A stretch of 32,000 nt of DNA, taken from the sequence record JX195166.1, one strand, 5' to 3'. The notes beneath the pieces are model-generated. The model saw nothing but the letters and a program-made list of their open reading frames with translations. It had not been told where the DNA came from and made no database searches. Below are positions 1 to 8,555 of this stretch, one piece after another. The stretch's first letter is position 1; the number at the start of each line of letters is the position of its first letter. The translations under genes were made by a program, and so were the position numbers. The DNA comes from Pectobacterium phage My1.

Positions 1-16
1 GTTCCCATATAGGCTA

Positions 17-35
17 AATGAGAATAAGTCTCATT
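17..35. promoter_or_regulatory. Fur-box-like palindrome AATGAGAATAAGTCTCATT
   Basis: Inner 15-mer TGAGAATAAGTCTCA differs from TGATAATNATTATCA at 3 positions; same family as the array at 12187-12333. Confidence 0.4.
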
Positions 36-52
36 ACCGCCCTATCTGGGTA

Positions 53-83
53 GTAACGGGCTGTTACTGTTTCAGCCCGTTAC
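53..83 (-). terminator. Terminator-like hairpin downstream of dmp-like gene
   Basis: GTAACGGGCTG / CAGCCCGTTAC, 11-bp stem with 9-nt loop, just past the stop at 103. Confidence 0.55.
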
Positions 84-102
84 TATTTCAGAATCAAATC
101 AT

Positions 103-810
103 TTAACTTGCTAACAGTTGCATGATGTAATCAGTAGGGGAGCTATAATCACGCCGTTCCTCATCTGTCATGCTATGCCATGCTAAAGCGGTTCGCTCGG
201 CTAGGTCTGCGTAGTCAGAATCTAAAACTAATTGTTCGTCTGCCATGTCCTCTATGGTAGTACGAACACCCATACTCAAGACTTCATTCAACATAGTAGC
301 GTCAACCGCATTAAATCCCATACTGCGAGCTACTTCGAGCACTCCCTTATGGTCATCATACACGGTGATATCAGCCAGCGGGTACAGCTTGCGCAACTGC
401 TCAAAGTAAAACGCCTTGTAATCTGCATCACGGCTATGATACAGGCGCGGCACTTCTGACAGGTGAGGCACGTAACGGTGTAGCGTATCGCGTGACATAA
501 GGCGTACACGGTTTTCGCCACGTCCCCGTAATTGCTGCTTACGCAGGTAATAGTAATCACTACGGGTCATCAATCGAGCGGTAACGATAGCGTTAGCTGT
601 AGTTTCCGACTCTAAAGACTTGAGCATGTATTCTGATAGCGGTAGCAGGGTGTCACCCATGATTGCATCGTGAGTACAGGCTTCCCGCATGTACTGATTT
701 AAATCTAAATCCCCGCTAGGGCTAAGGCAAGGGGCGACACGGTGAAATGAGTTTATGACGGTTCCGTCTAAATCCCATACGTTAAGCTGTTTGACTTGAT
801 TCATAATCAC
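103..810 (-). CDS. dmp: T5 dmp-like deoxynucleoside-5'-monophosphatase (HAD-like)
   Basis: N-terminal NVWDLDGTVINS motif, size, and position next to A1/A2-like genes. Confidence 0.7.
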   Translation of the reverse strand: MIMNQVKQLNVWDLDGTVINSFHRVAPCLSPSGDLDLNQYMREACTHDAIMGDTLLPLSEYMLKSLESETTANAIVTARLMTRSDYYYLRKQQLRGRGENRVRLMSRDTLHRYVPHLSEVPRLYHSRDADYKAFYFEQLRKLYPLADITVYDDHKGVLEVARSMGFNAVDATMLNEVLSMGVRTTIEDMADEQLVLDSDYADLAERTALAWHSMTDEERRDYSSPTDYIMQLLAS

Positions 811-1085
811 CCCTTGCTATGCGCAGATTTAAGGGTGATTTCAGCCACCAAATCAGGACGGACAATAAACGAGTCTACATCGTTAACGCCGTCTAACAAC
901 TGACAAGAATCCTCATAGCCCATCACGTCCCCGTCATCATCAATACGAATATAGCCGTCAACAGAATCACGCATAACGTATACTGAGCTATTGTAGGATG
1001 ATTGATAAATCACACCCTCTACAAAATCGTCGATATTGACAATTTCCGGTGCTGAGGATTGCCCGATAATTATTTTAGCTTTCAT
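807..1085 (-). CDS. hypothetical pre-early protein
   Basis: ORF overlapping the start of the downstream gene by 4 nt; compact operon spacing. Confidence 0.65.
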   Translation of the reverse strand: MKAKIIIGQSSAPEIVNIDDFVEGVIYQSSYNSSVYVMRDSVDGYIRIDDDGDVMGYEDSCQLLDGVNDVDSFIVRPDLVAEITLKSAHSKG

Positions 1086-1114
1086 GAAATAGAGTCTCCA
1101 ATTAAGGGATAGAA

Positions 1115-1139
1115 AAAGCGGGGAATAAAACCCCGCTTT
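1115..1139 (-). terminator. Rho-independent terminator-like hairpin
   Basis: AAAGCGGGG-TTTTATT-CCCCGCTTTTTC on the minus strand. Confidence 0.75.
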
Positions 1140-1147
1140 ATTTGTTA

Positions 1148-1540
1148 TTACTGAACGCTGCTAATAGTGTCTACCAACACTAACGGGTCACGCTCAATAA
1201 AGGGAATATCGAGCATTTTTAACCCGTCCTGAATAACGTCAAGCGTCACATCATCCAGTACCGGAATAATGGTGAACGCCGTGCCGTTTTTAGGTCGTGA
1301 CATAATAGAGTCGTGGGCTTGTTCGCCCTTCTGACTAATAATGACAGCATAGGATACTTGCGACTCTTTACAATCAATATTGTATTGATTGGTATCCGCT
1401 GTTACACCCGCGCCAATAGTGAGGCGTTCGGTGTTATAAGTCAGGTAGCCGATAGATTCAGGAGTAACCACAACTGAACACGGCACAACCTGAGACACAG
1501 AAAAACGTTTACCATTACGATAGAAGATAGCTAATTTCAT
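1148..1540 (-). CDS. hypothetical protein (KLAIFYRNGKRFSVSQV)
   Basis: ORF followed by the terminator at 1115-1139; N-terminus resembles part of the neighbouring 1555-1818 ORF (ILYRNGKYLFQLV). Confidence 0.65.
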   Translation of the reverse strand: MKLAIFYRNGKRFSVSQVVPCSVVVTPESIGYLTYNTERLTIGAGVTADTNQYNIDCKESQVSYAVIISQKGEQAHDSIMSRPKNGTAFTIIPVLDDVTLDVIQDGLKMLDIPFIERDPLVLVDTISSVQ

Positions 1541-1554
1541 GTTTTAGACTCCAA

Positions 1555-1818
1555 TCAAAGGGATTTAATGTTGATTTCAAGGCGTAACGACGTAGGCATG
1601 AAATAGTCTCCTAATTCCTGCTCAATTAACCAGTCGGCCAAAAATCTTACTACTTCATGCACTTCCTGAGTGGCGGTATTAATTACTATTGCGCCCTCAT
1701 CCACCAGTTGAAATAAATATTTACCATTACGGTAAAGGATAGATTCATCCTTTATCTGCGCAAACTGGATAGAATTATTATCGGGCATGTCATCAGGAAA
1801 ATTGATAGTTAAGCCCAA
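1555..1818 (-). CDS. hypothetical protein
   Basis: ORF; start overlaps the end of the A1-like gene. Confidence 0.6.
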   Translation of the reverse strand: MGLTINFPDDMPDNNSIQFAQIKDESILYRNGKYLFQLVDEGAIVINTATQEVHEVVRFLADWLIEQELGDYFMPTSLRLEINIKSL

Positions 1819-3482
1819 AATTTACCCCCTTTATAATCCAAAAGGGTACGAGCGCCATTAGCATAGGTAACAATATGCGTTTGGCACCAGCTAGACGCGC
1901 CGATGTTATAGCCCATATCCAGCGAACCAGTTACACCAGCCGTGTACACACCGCCATAAATGCTAGGCGTATGGGTATGGCCTGTATTGAGCTTGCCCAG
2001 CTTTTTATATTGCTTTGGAGCGCCCCTACTGCCGTTAATACCGTTGTGACCGTGTACGCCGCATTCAATCCCTGCAACTTTGAATGACTCATCGGTTTTC
2101 AGGAAAATTGCGCTGTAGTTACACTCCGCAATTTCACGCAAAGCATAATCAAGCACATTGAATGAGGTATCACCGCTTTCGATAGCAGAATACACCGCTG
2201 CGTTAAGCTGGTGAAACAGTTTGGCGTTAGCGGGGTCATACGTGATATTGGCGTTTTTGTCATCCAGCCAGCGACTCAATGCTAAGTCATGGTTAGACTC
2301 AACAACAATCGTTTGGCACCATGCACGCTGGCACATTTCCAAGACCGCGCCAGTGTCTCGCAGGTCGTCAAGCACACGATCACGCCCCTCCGCATATTGT
2401 TGCGCTAAGAACACGCCACTATTGCGGTTATGGTGGTTACGGGATGTAAAATCATGCACATCATGGATGAACTGGAATTGAGGCCGCAATTCATCTAACA
2501 GGCTATAACCTTCATCTAGGACTACAGACGGCCCGAATGATGCTACAGCACAATCATCATCCAGCTTTTCGGCATGGATATCACCATACTGTAAAGCCAA
2601 TACGCTATCGTCTACTTCATCGACGCTAGACGGTGTAACATACAGGGTTAAATCATAAAATTCCCCGCTGTCATCCATCGCCTGCAACTGACGGCAATAA
2701 TAATTACCTTCCTCGTCAAACTCAACGATTAGAGCGCCGTAACAGTGACGGGTTTCAGCCGCTTGCCCTGCTTTCTGCTGAATGTAGTTTTTCTGAGTAG
2801 CACACCCTGTAGAATATAACCGCTGGACTACTTCACCCTTCAATGCGGGAACGGCTTCACTAGTGATCTGAGCGTGCCCGATGGCAGCGCTAAAACCATT
2901 TAAAGATTCTGCGAAACCTGAAAGCGGATAATTTGCAGTAGGCAAAATGTTTAATTGCGCTAGAAACGCAAAAGAAACATTATTCAAGAAGCAGTTAGCT
3001 TCCTGAATATACGGGCTAAAGATAGGGTCATAATGAATACCCTTTTCCCCAGCGCCATTCTGAAAGCCGTTTTTATTATACGTGAATTTAGAAACTAATA
3101 ACTTAGCTCCCAAATACTCCGCATAACGTTTTAAGGAATTAAAGAAGTTAACGTGAGGTAGCGTGTTATTTTGAATGCTGGTAAGAATAAACTTACTCCC
3201 AGCAATAACAGGCCATGATTCCACCGCGCTAGAAATATTACCAGCCACTAAAGGGCGGGTATCTTCTTTTTTCGGTTTCTCCGCTTTTACTTTTGCGGGG
3301 CGGGCTGGCTTATTCGCTTCTAACCAGTTATGAATTTCAACCGATTTAGAGCAATCGCCGAATAACTCTGTAGAAATTGTTTCCGCTACCGCTAGTTTAG
3401 TGGTGCGTAGACGCTTTCCATAAAAGTTTAAATCCTCCCCCCGCTGAATAATAACGGGATGATGTTTTTCTGCTATAGACAT
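1809..3482 (-). CDS. A1: T5 A1-like pre-early protein, probable metallophosphoesterase
   Basis: About 557 aa when started at MSIAEKHH (GGAG upstream), close to T5 A1 length; motifs HDVHD, ESNHD, GVHGH, GHTHTP. Confidence 0.75.
   Translation of the reverse strand: MSIAEKHHPVIIQRGEDLNFYGKRLRTTKLAVAETISTELFGDCSKSVEIHNWLEANKPARPAKVKAEKPKKEDTRPLVAGNISSAVESWPVIAGSKFILTSIQNNTLPHVNFFNSLKRYAEYLGAKLLVSKFTYNKNGFQNGAGEKGIHYDPIFSPYIQEANCFLNNVSFAFLAQLNILPTANYPLSGFAESLNGFSAAIGHAQITSEAVPALKGEVVQRLYSTGCATQKNYIQQKAGQAAETRHCYGALIVEFDEEGNYYCRQLQAMDDSGEFYDLTLYVTPSSVDEVDDSVLALQYGDIHAEKLDDDCAVASFGPSVVLDEGYSLLDELRPQFQFIHDVHDFTSRNHHNRNSGVFLAQQYAEGRDRVLDDLRDTGAVLEMCQRAWCQTIVVESNHDLALSRWLDDKNANITYDPANAKLFHQLNAAVYSAIESGDTSFNVLDYALREIAECNYSAIFLKTDESFKVAGIECGVHGHNGINGSRGAPKQYKKLGKLNTGHTHTPSIYGGVYTAGVTGSLDMGYNIGASSWCQTHIVTYANGARTLLDYKGGKFWA
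3222..3230 (-). promoter_or_regulatory. Candidate T5-type nick-site sequence AGCGCGGTG
   Basis: Matches the RGCGCGGTG consensus recalled for T5 single-strand interruptions. Confidence 0.4.
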
Positions 3483-3570
3483 AGTAAAACACTCCAAATT
3501 AATTGGGAAATTGACAATTTGAATAATTGCCATTAATAGCCCCGCTGTATAAGCAGGACTATTAATTGCC

Positions 3571-3813
3571 TTATTCCAGTAGCGGGTACTGAGTAACATC
3601 AATAATACTTGACGCAATCCCTAACCCGATAGCTAGGATAGTGACCAGCCACGCCGCATAGTATGCTTTGCGTGAACGCTTGTACATCTTGCTATATTGG
3701 ACACCTGCATTACGGTGGTCACATAGCGCCGTGAAGCGTCCGAATAGTTCCCACAGAATAACAGCCAGAAAGAACATACCAAAAATAAAAGATTCAGAAG
3801 GGTAGAAAATCAT
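3571..3813 (-). CDS. small membrane protein
   Basis: Two hydrophobic stretches (FGMFFLAVILWELF, AAWLVTILAIGLGIASSII). Confidence 0.55.
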   Translation of the reverse strand: MIFYPSESFIFGMFFLAVILWELFGRFTALCDHRNAGVQYSKMYKRSRKAYYAAWLVTILAIGLGIASSIIDVTQYPLLE

Positions 3814-4052
3814 ATTTCATCCTCATCAGAATAGGTTTCTCGAATATCCATCGCACTATACATAAAATTGCGCGGTGAACCTTTCTTATCAGTTGCAGAA
3901 TGTCCGTAAAATTTAACGCCGCCGTCCTGCCATTCTCCTTCAATAGATGCACCATTAATCATCAGTGCTTCCATAGCGGGATTTATGCCGTGATTTTCGT
4001 TTGTCACAGTATTGTCAGGATTTTTACGGGGGATAAGATTAACGATAGGCAT
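3810..4052 (-). CDS. hypothetical protein
   Basis: ORF overlapping the next start by 4 nt. Confidence 0.6.
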   Translation of the reverse strand: MPIVNLIPRKNPDNTVTNENHGINPAMEALMINGASIEGEWQDGGVKFYGHSATDKKGSPRNFMYSAMDIRETYSDEDEI

Positions 4053-4106
4053 AGGATTAACCTCAACAAGAAATAAAGCCCCTATTAGCTAGGGGCGCTA
4101 TTAAGA

Positions 4107-4523
4107 TTAAACTTCCGCGCTTTCTTTAACCTCATCGAACACGCCTAGCAGCTTAGCCAGATTTTCTAGCGCGTCGAGCTTCACGCTTTCCAGACTGGAA
4201 AACTCATCAGTGTTTTCGATAAGCCCTTGCTCAATGGCATGTTTACCGAACACGCGCACGTAGTGAGCTTTGCGAACAGAGCTACCGCCACCGATTTTAC
4301 GGGCTTTTTCCGCCTTCTGGTAAACGCCAGCGCTTACCAGCTTAGAACGAACCTTTACAGGACTACCCGCGCCAATTTCGTTAGAAATGGTAATCAGGCC
4401 GTCAGTGTTGGCTACGTCAATACCAGATTCCAGAAGAATAGACTCATAGCGAGAAACAGCAATGGCACTGTTATCATCGTTCCATGCGAATTTTTCATCT
4501 TTCTTTTCTTTAGCTTTAGACAT
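4107..4523 (-). CDS. A2: T5 A2-like DNA-binding pre-early protein
   Basis: 138 aa, close to the T5 A2 size and overall composition; located upstream of A1. Confidence 0.7.
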   Translation of the reverse strand: MSKAKEKKDEKFAWNDDNSAIAVSRYESILLESGIDVANTDGLITISNEIGAGSPVKVRSKLVSAGVYQKAEKARKIGGGSSVRKAHYVRVFGKHAIEQGLIENTDEFSSLESVKLDALENLAKLLGVFDEVKESAEV

Positions 4524-4566
4524 GATTTAGACTCCAAATTATCAAATTATGGGATATGAATAACGG

Positions 4567-5011
4567 AAATGTTATTCCTAATAAGCTGGGCATATGTAAA
4601 TAAATTAACGTTAGCCCAGCTTATACAGAGAACATTTTTATTTTATGCTCGTTTTCAGTTTGCCAATTAAGGCGGGGTAATACGATATAAAACCCCTTTT
4701 AGTATTTCCGTTCAGGCTAGGAAACGATATCCAAATAGCTCACAGTTGCCGCTTTAAGCATGATATGTCTTGTAAGTATACTGTAATAACTACTAAGCAG
4801 GGTCAAAGACCAAAAATAAAACCTGAATAACTAAATGTTATTCCTAATAACCCGTTAACACGCTTTAATCACCGGTTTAATGTCTAGAACAGGAAACTAG
4901 TGTGGTGTACGGGTTATTCAGAAAACACTTACTTAGAATAATCGTCTGATTATTTCCCACACTCTCACAGTGGGCGTGAAAACTCCTAATTGCCGCTTTA
5001 AGCGTGATATT
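4567..5011. repeat. Duplicated intergenic module
   Basis: AAATGTTATTCCTAATAA at 4567 and 4833; TTGCCGCTTTAAGC(A/G)TGATAT near 4747 and 4990. Confidence 0.7.
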
Positions 5012-5144
5012 TAATCCGAATGTAGGAGTATTAGCGCACCATAACATTGTTTGCGCTTACATGGACGGTACTACGAAAATCCAACATATAGGGTCATTCC
5101 CTGTTTCCGGTTAGCGGCGCACGCGATTGCAGCCGCTAGGGTTA

Positions 5145-5411
5145 TTAATCAAGAGCTTCAAACAGGTAGATAGATTCATTCCACATGTCGCCGTCATCAG
5201 CTTCAACGCGAAATTCTTCCTTGTACTCACCTGAACCGTCATACTCGTTATCGAAGCTACCAGCTTCTACAGGATATTCTTTACCTACGGTAAATGAACC
5301 GTCACGATAATAATTACCCCATAACTCCGCGTTTTCAATCCCCTTTAACTCATTAGGGATTTCACCGATATAGCGCACACGGGTAGTTTCAGCCGTTGGA
5401 AGTTTACGCAT
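5145..5411 (-). CDS. hypothetical protein
   Basis: Start MRKLPTAE preceded by AGGAGG; coupled to the upstream ORF. Confidence 0.65.
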   Translation of the reverse strand: MRKLPTAETTRVRYIGEIPNELKGIENAELWGNYYRDGSFTVGKEYPVEAGSFDNEYDGSGEYKEEFRVEADDGDMWNESIYLFEALD

Positions 5412-5709
5412 CAGGGGTAACCTCCTGAATGTCGCATTCATCCTGAGTGTATTCACGAACTACAGAAATACACGGCTGGCAATGTACCGTTAAACACCAT
5501 GCGCCTTCATCATCTTGAAACGCGATAGGGCGTGATGGAACATCATCCGGCTCTAACTGCATAGCCCCGATAAATTCAGGGTCAATGCCGTAGGTAACGC
5601 CGTAATAGGTTTTACCTAATTCACAGTCAGAAAAGCAAGGATCGTCCTTACTAACAACCGTAAACTCGACACCGCTAGGCAGGGGGGGAGCAAAGAAGAA
5701 GCAGTTCAA
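5404..5709 (-). CDS. hypothetical protein
   Basis: ORF; start overlies a C7 tract, so the N-terminus is uncertain. Confidence 0.5.
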   Translation of the reverse strand: MNCFFFAPPLPSGVEFTVVSKDDPCFSDCELGKTYYGVTYGIDPEFIGAMQLEPDDVPSRPIAFQDDEGAWCLTVHCQPCISVVREYTQDECDIQEVTPDA

Positions 5710-5804
5710 ACGGCAAGCACGCGAAAGGCAATGCTTTGATAGTTGGCTTAGTCATAGTAATGTATACCTCTTAACAAAATGGGATTATTTAAGCTACCGC
5801 CAGA

Positions 5805-6077
5805 TTAGCGGATAGCCTGCCATAACGTTTGTTTCTCGTTATGCTCTTTGAGCGTAACGTCTACACGGTCGCCAGATTTCAAACGAACCCCGTAGATTTT
5901 CACACCTTTTTTATTACTGGCGGTGTCATCGTAAACGGCCTCAATCTTATCAAAAGGAATAAGAGCACAGCCACCCTGATATTCAGCCTTGCCGGTAACT
6001 GCATCGGTAGCAGTAACGAAAGGCACATAAACAGATTGCCCGACTTTAGGCGCTACTAATGCGGTGATTTCATTCAT
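5805..6077 (-). CDS. hypothetical protein
   Basis: ORF with AAACAACTGGAG upstream. Confidence 0.65.
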   Translation of the reverse strand: MNEITALVAPKVGQSVYVPFVTATDAVTGKAEYQGGCALIPFDKIEAVYDDTASNKKGVKIYGVRLKSGDRVDVTLKEHNEKQTLWQAIR

Positions 6078-6257
6078 AATTTACTCCAGTTGTTTTAAGG
6101 GTATGTTATCCAGTGTGAGGACTAACTTAATCCACTAGTCTAAGCCCTACGCAGTTTCACTGTATTCAGCGTACATTGTTAGGCGTTGCCTAGCGTTTGG
6201 GATAATCCTCACACGAAAAACACACTCTAAAATTGGAGTCTATAGCTAATTCCAAAT

Positions 6258-6270
6258 TTTTAAAGAGCTA
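6258..6270 (-). promoter_or_regulatory. boxA-like element (TAGCTCTTTAAAA)
   Basis: Similar to boxA CGCTCTTTAACA, orientation of the minus-strand genes. Confidence 0.3.
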
Positions 6271-6384
6271 AGGCGGGTAATTTGCTTTTCAGACTTCCCC
6301 GCGCTTTACTGTTTCGCTGGCTACTTAGCGTTTCCGCTTCACCGTTGAAACTGAACATCATCATAAAGCCTATTCGCTAGGCTG

Positions 6385-6528
6385 TCAAGCGTACTTTTTG
6401 CTGTAGTCGTAAAGAGTTTTTAGCTCTTTCATATCATCTTCCCAAATCCTAGCCTTTTGTTCGGTATTTAAGCTAGGGTTATTCTGAGTAGATTGAGCGA
6501 GTACCAAGTATTTATGGTAAAGACTCAT
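6385..6528 (-). CDS. 47-aa microprotein MSLYHKYLVLAQSTQNNPSLNTEQKARIWEDDMKELKTLYDYSKKYA
   Basis: Translated by hand; GAGG before the start; shares IWxxxMKELxxxY with its neighbour. Confidence 0.65.
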   Translation of the reverse strand: MSLYHKYLVLAQSTQNNPSLNTEQKARIWEDDMKELKTLYDYSKKYA

Positions 6529-6542
6529 ATATTGGTATCCTC

Positions 6543-6683
6543 TCATTTGGTGGCCTCATATCGAGCTTGTAACTCTTTCATCATGTTGTCCCAAATCATC
6601 GGTAAGCCTTGTTGTAAGCCTTTCTTATAGCCTTTATAACGGCGGCGTACATCAATCTGCATTAACGCTAATGTATTTTTCAT
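6543..6683 (-). CDS. 46-aa microprotein MKNTLALMQIDVRRRYKGYKKGLQQGLPMIWDNMMKELQARYEATK
   Basis: Translated by hand; shares IWxxxMKELxxxY with 6385-6528. Confidence 0.65.
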   Translation of the reverse strand: MKNTLALMQIDVRRRYKGYKKGLQQGLPMIWDNMMKELQARYEATK

Positions 6684-6735
6684 TTAATGACCTCATTCAC
6701 TAGGGAGCGAATGGGCTTTATTGATGATGTTCAAA

Positions 6736-6748
6736 TTGTTAAAGAGCG
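6736..6748 (-). promoter_or_regulatory. boxA-like antitermination element CGCTCTTTAACAA
   Basis: Minus-strand GCTCTTTAACAATTT matches the enterobacterial rrn leader boxA region as recalled. Confidence 0.5.
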
Positions 6749-6792
6749 AACTAGATAGTAACCTGATAGGCTTGCTATTTGCAAGCCTTATT

Positions 6793-6990
6793 TTACCAGT
6801 TTTCTTCCTGAATTTCCGTAGCCTTCTTAATCTGTACGCGGTGAGGTTTAACATCATGCTCTTGTTGCATTAGAGCAAGAGTGCCTTGAGCGTCTGTAGC
6901 GTCGTTAGTGTAGTAAGAAGCCTTACCAACATTTACACGATACTCATCATAAGATTCACTAAAGATGATGGAAGATTTAACAGTTGACAT
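6793..6990 (-). CDS. hypothetical 65-aa protein
   Basis: ORF flanked by a 23-nt inverted repeat. Confidence 0.6.
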   Translation of the reverse strand: MSTVKSSIIFSESYDEYRVNVGKASYYTNDATDAQGTLALMQQEHDVKPHRVQIKKATEIQEENW

Positions 6991-7039
6991 GATAAGATTC
7001 CCTATTGGAGTAAGCCTATCAGGTCACTATCTAGTTAAC

Positions 7040-7052
7040 TTGTTAAAGAGCG
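7040..7052 (-). promoter_or_regulatory. boxA-like antitermination element CGCTCTTTAACAA
   Basis: Identical 13-mer to 6736-6748, in the leader of ORF 6793-6990. Confidence 0.5.
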
Positions 7053-7227
7053 GTGTAGGTGAACAAGGGCTTAATGTTGCGCCTTTCAATGTTCTGTACT
7101 GCGTCCTACGGGATAAATATTAGCAAGGCGCGTAGAAGCCTGCAACCTCATATTTGTAAAGATTTGTAAGCACGCTTACCCTGCTAGAGTATGGAACCGA
7201 GCACGCACGTTGCATAAGTAAATCATA

Positions 7228-7505
7228 AAGTCAAGCTATTTCTAAACTACTGTATATTTATACATGCCGCTAAAACGCTCTAAAACGCATTCTAAGCGGT
7301 TTTCTGTCTAACTGGTACATTCATACCGGAACAAAAAGATCTCACTAATGCGAGTAATTCTCATTTGGAACGAAAAGTTGGCACGCTGTTTGCTTATACT
7401 TGTAAATGCTTGTTTTACTGCGTGTTTTTGAAAGTCAAGTTATTTCTCAACTACTGTATATTTGTACATGCCCCTAAAAGCTCCTAAAACGCATTCTAAG
7501 GCGTT
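7228..7505. repeat. Long imperfect direct repeat (two copies, about 204 nt apart)
   Basis: AAGTCAAG[CT]TATTTCT[AC]AACTACTGTATATTT[AG]TACATGCC[GC]CTAAAA followed by TAAAACGCATTCTAAG at about 7229 and 7432. Confidence 0.8.
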
Positions 7506-7531
7506 TTTGCTCCTACCTATACCCTAGTACC

Positions 7532-7564
7532 AAAACAAATAGATCTCGATTTAGCACTTTTTGC
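7532..7564. repeat. 33-nt repeat, copy 1 (second copy 12035-12067)
   Basis: Exact AAAACAAATAGATCTCGATTTAGCACTTTTTGC in both places. Confidence 0.9.
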
Positions 7565-7773
7565 CACATAAAAGACTTGACACCTTGATTTTATTGAGGT
7601 TGAGCGTTTGCGTATATAGTGGGCTAATAGTGTAGCCCCGAAACTATTTTCTGGTAGCTGTCTAATAGTACCCTAACGTAATTATTTGCTAGGGTATTAT
7701 ATAATCACGACATGGGACTATTAATGAGGTAAGCAGTTAATGAGAAACACTATCATTTGACTTACCCCCATAG

Positions 7774-7782
7774 TTATCCACA
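7774..7782 (+). promoter_or_regulatory. DnaA box TTATCCACA
   Basis: Exact match to TTATNCACA. Confidence 0.6.
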
Positions 7783-7836
7783 CCCTGTATAAACATACAT
7801 ACCCCTAAAACTTCCTGAGACGAGTTATTAACAGGG

Positions 7837-7845
7837 TTATACACA
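7837..7845 (+). promoter_or_regulatory. DnaA box TTATACACA
   Basis: Exact match to TTATNCACA. Confidence 0.55.
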
Positions 7846-7853
7846 GGTTATCC

Positions 7854-7873
7854 TACTGTGTATTTATACAGTA
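7854..7873. promoter_or_regulatory. LexA-box-like TACTGTGTATTTATACAGTA
   Basis: 18/20 match to TACTGTATATATATACAGTA. Confidence 0.5.
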
Positions 7874-8018
7874 GTTTCTGGTAGCAAGTTATTCTGATAT
7901 ACCCCTAGAACGCTCTAAACGGGACGTAGTGAGGGTTAATTTAAGGGAACATACTAAGGGTTAACTTTTTGGCTGGCGGCTTAAAAAGAAGGGCGCTTTA
8001 TGATTGCGCCCCTTGTTG

Positions 8019-8237
8019 TTAGTCCTGTAAATGGTAAGGTAATTCACTTTCAAGAATCAAGGTGATCCCCCCGATTGTGTCTGGCTTCTTAGAGCTAGGG
8101 TTATTAGCTATGATAGCCCGTATTGAGTCGTTATAGAATGGGTCACTAGTGTTCTGGCACTGTAGATACTCTAAGGTCTCATCGTCAATAATGACGTCTA
8201 TCTCATTGATAACTTGTACTTTTAATAAGTTACACAT
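8019..8237 (-). CDS. hypothetical protein
   Basis: ORF. Confidence 0.55.
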   Translation of the reverse strand: MCNLLKVQVINEIDVIIDDETLEYLQCQNTSDPFYNDSIRAIIANNPSSKKPDTIGGITLILESELPYHLQD

Positions 8238-8439
8238 CGCTTACCTCCCAACGATCACACTCCCCATAACTATCGAACAGGTTTTTAAAATACCCATCAT
8301 CATCTAACGTCAGCTTATCAAAATGCCCGCCTGCAACTAACGCTCTGTTTTCGTCAGTATCGGGAACCATAAACACGTTCACTTCTTCCCTTATCTGTTT
8401 GATTCTAATCATGTTAGACATATCTGTTACCTCACACAA
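8230..8439 (-). CDS. hypothetical protein
   Basis: ORF overlapping its neighbour by 8 nt; start may be MSNMIRI. Confidence 0.55.
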   Translation of the reverse strand: MCEVTDMSNMIRIKQIREEVNVFMVPDTDENRALVAGGHFDKLTLDDDGYFKNLFDSYGECDRWEVSDV

Positions 8440-8555
8440 AAATTAAAAATAGGATAAGTATTGCTACCACAACTAACAAGCTGGTGTTATGTCTGGACAC
8501 CATACCCACACGGCGAACGTGTGGGTTATGCTTGCTGGTGGTCTGCCTTGCACCC

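Noticed and set aside
1875-2481. Plus-strand ORFs opposite the A1-like gene
   Set aside because: Antisense shadows; codon content explained by the A1 frame.
4227-4559. Plus-strand ORF opposite A2
   Set aside because: Antisense shadow of a recognisable gene with no independent evidence.
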